From assembly GCA_028282585.1 (NCBI GenBank), contig JANQHR010000130.1:1-11034 (forward strand): DNA of 11,034 bases, given 5' to 3'. Positions 5,851 through 11,034 of the stretch are shown piece by piece. How positions within the stretch are numbered: the first letter of the stretch is position 1; the number at the start of each line of letters is the position of its first letter. Source of the DNA: Bacteroidales bacterium. Its GTDB lineage: Bacteria > Bacteroidota > Bacteroidia > Bacteroidales > UBA12077. The position numbers were made by a program, and so were the translations under genes. A model generated the notes under the pieces. It saw only the letters and a program-made list of their open reading frames with translations, was not told the DNA's origin and ran no database searches.

Positions 5851-8292
5851 TTAAAACTTAAAATCAACCCCAAACATAAAATGGATTCCTGCTTGTGGAT
5901 AATATCCATCCATTTTAAAACGTTCACCCCCTAAATGATAAGAATATACCCAGGCATTTGTTTCATATTCATGATCAAACAAGTTATTTACCATAAGGTG
6001 CAAAGTAACTTCTCTAAATAAGTCCGTTTTAAACGAATAATCTGCTTTAATATTATTTATAAAGTAAGCTTCAAGAACTCGATCATCGTTTGATGTATTA
6101 TCTATATATTGCTTTCCTACGTAAGTTGAAACAAAAATCAGGTTCATATCTTTTACAGGTGAATAAATAAACTGGCTGTTACCAACAAAATTAGGAGAGA
6201 AAGCCAGATTTGTTGTTCCTAAATTAGATGATTGCTGCTCTCCGGTATCCCAGTTATCAACGAATTCTGTAAAATCTTTTATTTTATTCAAACTAAAAGT
6301 TGAATTCGAGTTCCATTTAAGTTTTTTAAACAGCCGAATACCCGTTTCTAATTCCACCCCTGTACGATAACTTTTATCAACGTTTACCATAATAGGTGCA
6401 CCAACATCATTGATCTGACCAGTAAGTACAAGCTGGTCTTTATAACTCATTAAATAATAATTAGCGGAGAAAGCAAATATTGAAGAAGTATAACCGTAAC
6501 CCAATTCTAAATCCTTTAAGGTCTCATTTACAGGAGATTCATAACCACTCGGATAGTTTACAAAAGCTGCCCTGTTAGGCTCTCGATTAGCCACAGCGTA
6601 GAATAAATACAATTCTTGATTTACTGTTGGTTGATAAAACACACCAAATTTAGGATTGAAGAAATTAAAATCGTGGCTTTGGGTCAAATCCCTTAATTTG
6701 TCATCAATACCTTCAACATCATAATCAATCCTTCGGTACTGAAGATCAGCATACAAATTCAAATTATCATTAAGCTTATAATTATACTTTGCATAAAAAT
6801 TAAGATCCTTTTTCAGCCCGTTATTTTTATACCACTCATAGTTATAATCAACATCCCCAAAATATTGTGCCCAAATAATATTTCCGAAATGATTTCCATC
6901 ATACACATTATAGCCACCTCCCAATGTAAAATCACTCTGCAAATAATTATAGTTTAATGAGAAAGTCAATCCGTAAAAATCATTATCAAGCCATTTACGG
7001 TTAACTAAATCCGTTGATTCAATAAGTTCTGTTCCTAAATCAATATTTTGCAAACCATAATCTTTAAAATCTTCACCATCCTTGAAGCTCTCATAATAAC
7101 CCCGTCCATAAGTATAATGAAGCGATGTATTGAAATTAACATACGGACTAAATTTATGGGTAAAGTGTACTTGGTAATGATCTTGTTGATAATGATCAAC
7201 CTGATTCTCATAGGTATACAGATTGTATGTCCTGCTATCTGAGTTAATCATGTGCTGAGTCTCTTCTGCACTGTAAAGTGAATGATCACCATAACGTTTC
7301 ATTCCTTCCAAGTCATTATTTAACCGAACTGATGGGACACCGTTCCAAGCCTGATAAGTTTCTTCGAACCCGGAAAAAATATTGACTTTTATAATAGAAT
7401 TATTGCTGTAATAACCTCCCGACACAAAAAATGACTTCAGATCAGAACTTGCCCTATCAATAAACCCATTGGAAGTTATCTTGGATAATCTTACATCGAG
7501 GGTAAACTTATCATCGATCAAGCCCGTTCCAGCAGAAAGCGTATTCTTAAATGTATTGAATGTCCCGGCGGCAGAACTAAACTCTCCATAAACATCTTTC
7601 CTTAATGAATTAGTTTGTAAATTAATACTTGCCCCAAAAGCTGCAGCACCATTTGTTGAAGTTCCCACACCACGCTGAACCTGAACATTCTCAATAGAAG
7701 ATGCAAGATCTGGTTGATCGACAAACCATGTGCCATGAGATTCAGCATCATTTAGAGGAATGCCATTTACACTAACGTTAATACGGTTCAAATCGGTTCC
7801 CCGTATCCTAAAATTCGTGTACCCCACACCAGCACCAGCATCCGATGTTACAACGAATGAAGGAGTTAACTGAAGTAAAAAAGGAATATCCTGTCCCATA
7901 TTTCTTCTATCAATTTCTTCTGAAGTAACATTCGTGTAAGCCATAGGGGTTTTTGCTTTAGCACGAGTCGCTGAAATTAGAATTTCTTCAGTCATAACGG
8001 TATTCGGTAGAAGATCAATCTCAATTTCTTTATCCGAATCGAGCTTTAAATTCATCTCTTTAGTTTCAAAACCAATAAACGAAACCATCAGCGTATAATC
8101 GTCAGATTTTAGATTCTTCATCTCAAAACTTCCATCACTAAATGTTGATACACCATAATAAGAGCCTTTTAAAACGACACTTGCTCCGGCCAATGACTTC
8201 CCTTCACCTTTAACAACTCCAGAAAGATTGAACTGCCCAAAAGCAACTAATACCATTACTTGTAAAATTAGTAACAAAATAAACTTTTTCAT
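5851..8292 (-). CDS. TonB-dependent outer-membrane receptor, probable thiamine transporter
   Basis: Signal peptide and carboxypeptidase-regulatory-like N-domain (GASVVLKG...DGSF...VSFIGFET). Plug motifs FRIRG, NGIPLND and VQVQRGVGTSTNGAAAFGASINL. C-terminal Phe strand FMFGVDFKF. Substrate inferred from the upstream TPP riboswitch. Confidence 0.93.
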   Translation of the reverse strand: MKKFILLLILQVMVLVAFGQFNLSGVVKGEGKSLAGASVVLKGSYYGVSTFSDGSFEMKNLKSDDYTLMVSFIGFETKEMNLKLDSDKEIEIDLLPNTVMTEEILISATRAKAKTPMAYTNVTSEEIDRRNMGQDIPFLLQLTPSFVVTSDAGAGVGYTNFRIRGTDLNRINVSVNGIPLNDAESHGTWFVDQPDLASSIENVQVQRGVGTSTNGAAAFGASINLQTNSLRKDVYGEFSSAAGTFNTFKNTLSAGTGLIDDKFTLDVRLSKITSNGFIDRASSDLKSFFVSGGYYSNNSIIKVNIFSGFEETYQAWNGVPSVRLNNDLEGMKRYGDHSLYSAEETQHMINSDSRTYNLYTYENQVDHYQQDHYQVHFTHKFSPYVNFNTSLHYTYGRGYYESFKDGEDFKDYGLQNIDLGTELIESTDLVNRKWLDNDFYGLTFSLNYNYLQSDFTLGGGYNVYDGNHFGNIIWAQYFGDVDYNYEWYKNNGLKKDLNFYAKYNYKLNDNLNLYADLQYRRIDYDVEGIDDKLRDLTQSHDFNFFNPKFGVFYQPTVNQELYLFYAVANREPNRAAFVNYPSGYESPVNETLKDLELGYGYTSSIFAFSANYYLMSYKDQLVLTGQINDVGAPIMVNVDKSYRTGVELETGIRLFKKLKWNSNSTFSLNKIKDFTEFVDNWDTGEQQSSNLGTTNLAFSPNFVGNSQFIYSPVKDMNLIFVSTYVGKQYIDNTSNDDRVLEAYFINNIKADYSFKTDLFREVTLHLMVNNLFDHEYETNAWVYSYHLGGERFKMDGYYPQAGIHFMFGVDFKF

Positions 8293-8339
8293 TTTTAGAA
8301 AATTTGGTTAAAAAATAACCAATGAGGTAGGAAAAATCC

Positions 8340-8425
8340 CTTTCGCCTCCCTACGCCGGTACTAACCGGATCAGGTTCTTTGAGTATAATCTCAGTCCCG
8401 GTTTTACCGGGACACCCCCCATTGC
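8340..8425 (-). ncRNA. TPP (THI-box) riboswitch
   Basis: Minus strand reads GGGGGTGTCCCGGTAAAACCGGGACTGAGATTATACTCAAAGAACCTGATCCGGTTAGTACCGGCGTAGGGA. It has the conserved CUGAGA, GAACCUGA, P5 CCGGU/ACCGG and GCGUAGGGA, and lies in the leader of the TonB receptor. Confidence 0.97.
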
Positions 8426-8438
8426 GTAAATGTCGCTA

Positions 8439-8470
8439 CAAATTTAGACTAATTCTAAATAACAGGCAAG
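8439..8470 (-). promoter_or_regulatory. Bacteroidetes sigma-A promoter for the riboswitch-receptor transcript
   Basis: Minus-strand TAAATTTG (8446-8439) matches the -7 TAnnTTTG box. CTTG (8470-8467) sits 20 nt upstream as a -33 variant. The predicted start falls just before the aptamer. Confidence 0.75.
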
Positions 8471-8555
8471 AAAAATCATGCCAATTTAATTACAAAAGGC
8501 CGTATTGGATATTGAATTATTTTTTGTTTACACAAGGCAAAAAATAAGAGCATAG

Positions 8556-8723
8556 CTTAGAAGCTGTCTAAATTTTATTTTCCAGAATGATTATGATGTA
8601 TTTTTTGTTTAGACAAGGCGAATTTGACGCGAATAGCACCAGCTATTTAAGGAAAATTCAACGCAGTATAAGCGAAAAAGACGCATAATCAAATGGATGG
8701 ATAATTTTTAGACAGCTTCTAAG
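8556..8723. mobile_element. MITE-like palindromic element (about 160 bp plus TA flanks)
   Basis: Perfect 17-bp inverted repeat CTTAGAAGCTGTCTAAA (8556-8572) / TTTAGACAGCTTCTAAG (8707-8723). TA lies on both sides of a GAAGC...GCTTC core (8560-8719). The interior is self-complementary: TGATTATG/CATAATCA, GAATTT/AAATTC, AATAGC-ACCA-GCTATT. Confidence 0.82.
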
Positions 8724-8909
8724 GAACAATCTTTTATTCGACATAAGAATAGGATTAAATTAAGAGTGGTTTGAGTTTGTTAAAATAGCACAGATTGAAC
8801 TAATTAACTGTAAGAATTAACTGTTAGTAAATAATAGATTATATAATGTGAAATCATGTATGCATTTAAACAAAATCATCTACTTTTATAAAAACAAAAA
8901 TCAATCATC

Positions 8910-9329
8910 ATGGATATCAGCGTTTTTATTGATAAGTCAGTAGTGCCAGCAAATTCTGATGTAAAATCAGTTTTGCCAGACCAATATGATCTTTGGATGA
9001 AAATCAGGGATTTTGTTTGTGAAAAATACCCGGCGGCAGTAGAAGAATGGAATTTCCCAGGCAAAAAGTATGGTTGGAGCTTCCGGATTAAAGACAAGAA
9101 AAGAGCAATAATTTACTTTTTGCCCAGGAAGGGGTACTTTAAGGTAGCTTTTGTTTTTGGGCAGAAAGCTACAAGTACTATTATGGAAAGTGATATTTCC
9201 GAAGAAATAAAAACAGACCTTTCCAATGCCCGTGTTTATGCAGAAGGACGTGGAATTCAAGTACAGGTAAAAGGAGAGGAAAGTTTAGCTGATATAAAAA
9301 AACTGGTTGAAATTAAATTAGCTCACTAA
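8910..9329 (+). CDS. DUF3788 family protein
   Basis: 139 aa with EWNFPGKKYGWSFRIKDKKRAIIYFLP, FVFGQKA, YAEGRGI and DIKKLVEIK, which I recognise as the DUF3788 pattern. Confidence 0.82.
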   Translation: MDISVFIDKSVVPANSDVKSVLPDQYDLWMKIRDFVCEKYPAAVEEWNFPGKKYGWSFRIKDKKRAIIYFLPRKGYFKVAFVFGQKATSTIMESDISEEIKTDLSNARVYAEGRGIQVQVKGEESLADIKKLVEIKLAH

Positions 9330-9356
9330 TTATAAAATCGATATAAAAATTACAGA

Positions 9357-10568
9357 ATGAGATTAAGGCTAATCTTAGTAACCGTATTTTGTTTTACACT
9401 TTTTCAAGGGTTTTCTCAAGATTTTTATTCTTTATCTAACGACTTTAACAAATGGTCTGTAGATGGAGCTGTTGGTTTTACCAAACCATATCGAAGTTTT
9501 ACCTCAGGGTATTGGACTCCCAAAATTGGTTTTCTTTCATCTGATATAGGTGTTCGCTACATGTTTAATGAATATTTTGGGGTAAAATATAGCTTGGGAT
9601 ATAACTATTATCATTCTGCAAAAAACAGTAAAGAATTTAGTACCGATCAGTATATAATGAGTTTGCAGGGAGTTGTTAATGCAGGGAGATTACTGAAAAT
9701 TCAAAGTTTATCAAAAAAAATAAATGTGTTGGCGCATGCAGGATTGGGAAAAGGTAATCTTAAGTATGGCAGGCCAGCTGGAAGGGATGATGTAGACCAT
9801 ATTTTCAATATTATGGGAGGGCTTACTGGTCAACTGAGCCTTTCGGATAGATTTGCATTAAACATGGACATAACTGGCCTTGCAAACTTATCGCAAGATC
9901 ATTCTTCGTTTGATGGAGGACCTCCTAATGATTGGGAAGCTGGTATAGTTTTTAACGGAACTGTGGGTGTTTCTTATTACTTTGGCAAAAAGAAGAAGCA
10001 TGCTGACTGGTACCTGAGAGAAGATGTACTTTATTCAAACCTGAATGCAACTATGGATAAGCTTGAAAGCAAACTTGAAACTTCACACAAAGATATTGAG
10101 CATAAAGAGACTGAGCTAAATAAGCTTAATAAACAAGTAGCGTTACTCGAACAAGAACTACAGCAAGTAAATGAGAACGTAAATAATCAGGATGAATTTG
10201 AAAGATCTGGCAATAAGGGCTTAGATGAATTAATTGATAGTGGTTATCTGACTATTTACTTTGATTTTAACAGCTTCGAGCTTAAACAGTCTTCTTTTGC
10301 AACAATCAATTTCTTACAGAATATGATGCAGAAAAATCCAGACTTGTCAATTTTGCTTGAAGGATTTGCTGATGAGTCTGGTGATGAAAACTACAACCTA
10401 AAACTTTCATTGCAACGAGCAGAGCAAGTAAGGAAATACTTAATTGAGCTTGGTGCTGATGAGAATAGAATTTCTATTGAAGGAAAGGGAGAGGTTTTGG
10501 GAACCGGGCAGAAATCAAAATTAATGAAGCAGTTTGCACGAAAAGTAAGTGTGAAAATCCTGAGATAA
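9357..10568 (+). CDS. OmpA-family outer-membrane protein (beta-barrel, coiled-coil linker, OmpA C-terminal peptidoglycan-binding domain)
   Basis: Signal peptide; barrel ending GTVGVSYYFG; heptad-like linker (MDKLESKLETSHKDIEHKETELNKLNKQVALLEQEL). OmpA_C motifs IYFDFNS, EGFADESG, YNLKLSLQRAEQV and GKGE. Confidence 0.92.
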   Translation: MRLRLILVTVFCFTLFQGFSQDFYSLSNDFNKWSVDGAVGFTKPYRSFTSGYWTPKIGFLSSDIGVRYMFNEYFGVKYSLGYNYYHSAKNSKEFSTDQYIMSLQGVVNAGRLLKIQSLSKKINVLAHAGLGKGNLKYGRPAGRDDVDHIFNIMGGLTGQLSLSDRFALNMDITGLANLSQDHSSFDGGPPNDWEAGIVFNGTVGVSYYFGKKKKHADWYLREDVLYSNLNATMDKLESKLETSHKDIEHKETELNKLNKQVALLEQELQQVNENVNNQDEFERSGNKGLDELIDSGYLTIYFDFNSFELKQSSFATINFLQNMMQKNPDLSILLEGFADESGDENYNLKLSLQRAEQVRKYLIELGADENRISIEGKGEVLGTGQKSKLMKQFARKVSVKILR

Positions 10569-10586
10569 TAGATAAACAATCCAGTT

Positions 10587-10964
10587 ATGAACGAAGAATT
10601 CATACCAGTTGTGGATGGAGTGACTATTCTTGTTGAAAAATGGGAACCTATTTTGAAAGGGCTTTCTCAGTAACTTATTACAAATAAGGTAAACAAACAA
10701 GGACGGTCAATCAAATAGATTATTGGGCACATGGTTGATTCAGCATCAAATAATACACACAGAATCGTGCACTTGCAATATCAGGAAAGTCCGCTTCAAT
10801 TCCCCAATTATGCAACGAATGGAAATAATGATCGCTGGATTGCTATTCAGGATTACCAAAACGAAAATTGGGGCGAGTTGATCCACCTTTGGAAATGTAC
10901 CAACCTTCATATTGCACATGTCATCAAAAATGTCGATCCATCAAAACTAGTAGTGCGTTCATAA
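10587..10964 (+). pseudogene. DinB/YfiT-family protein pseudogene
   Basis: ATG 10587 is in frame with ORF 10731-10964: MNEEFIPVVDGVTILVEKWEPILKGLSQ*LITNKVNKQGRSIK*IIGHMVDSASNNTHR. Stops are TAA 10671-10673 and TAG 10716-10718. The first metal His motif (GHMVDS) is present; the C-terminal HxxxH helix is absent after VDPSKL. Confidence 0.85.
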
Positions 10965-11034
10965 AGTTTCGTTGAAAAACTCATCGGATGACTCTGTTGA
11001 TATCGAGCATTTTAGTCATCCGATGAGTGACACG
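10951..11034. repeat. REP-like inverted repeat; probable left part of an inserted element running off the window
   Basis: Perfect 15-bp inverted repeat ACTCATCGGATGACT (10979-10993) / AGTCATCCGATGAGT (11014-11028), each arm itself palindromic (TCATC-N-GATGA). The DinB-like sequence appears to stop at about 10950, before TAGTGCGTTCATAAAGTT. Confidence 0.65.

Noticed and set aside
7048-7242. 64-aa Ile-rich plus-strand ORF
   Set aside because: Antisense to the Asp/Tyr-rich TonB receptor barrel, which explains the Ile-rich composition.
8876-9260. Two minus-strand ORFs (73 and 97 aa)
   Set aside because: Both overlap the better-supported DUF3788 gene on the opposite strand.
10391-10603. 70-aa minus-strand ORF
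   Set aside because: Antisense to the OmpA C-terminal domain.
10671-10718. Stop-codon readthrough or an alternative genetic code in the DinB gene
   Set aside because: Two different stops are involved (TAA and TAG), both are used as normal terminators elsewhere in the window, and the gene is also truncated. Pseudogenisation is the simpler explanation.
1-11034. CRISPR array, tRNA or rRNA
   Set aside because: No regularly spaced direct repeats, cloverleaf or rRNA-like sequence seen; the repeats found are inverted or two-copy only.

Overview
AT-rich window that looks like Bacteroidetes DNA, judged from TAnnTTTG promoter boxes, a TonB receptor, a PorT-like barrel and acidic post-Cys lipoprotein signals. 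From left to right it holds: a long intergenic hairpin; a beta-class carbonic anhydrase; and a heavily decayed IS5-family element (796-1677) missed by the ORF track. Next is a co-oriented three-gene envelope cassette: a 528-aa uncharacterised lipoprotein, a PorT-like outer-membrane beta-barrel and an S41 peptidase lipoprotein. A palindromic putative operator precedes the cassette and a MITE-like element interrupts it. Then come a convergent TPP-riboswitch-controlled TonB-dependent receptor (probable thiamine uptake), a second MITE, a DUF3788 protein and an OmpA-family protein. The window ends with a DinB-family pseudogene truncated by a REP-like palindromic element. The best candidate for an undescribed system is the lipoprotein/barrel/S41 protease cassette. 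A second theme is a set of small structured elements whose ends resemble those of the IS5 relic. All family calls come from motif recognition by eye; no database search was run.
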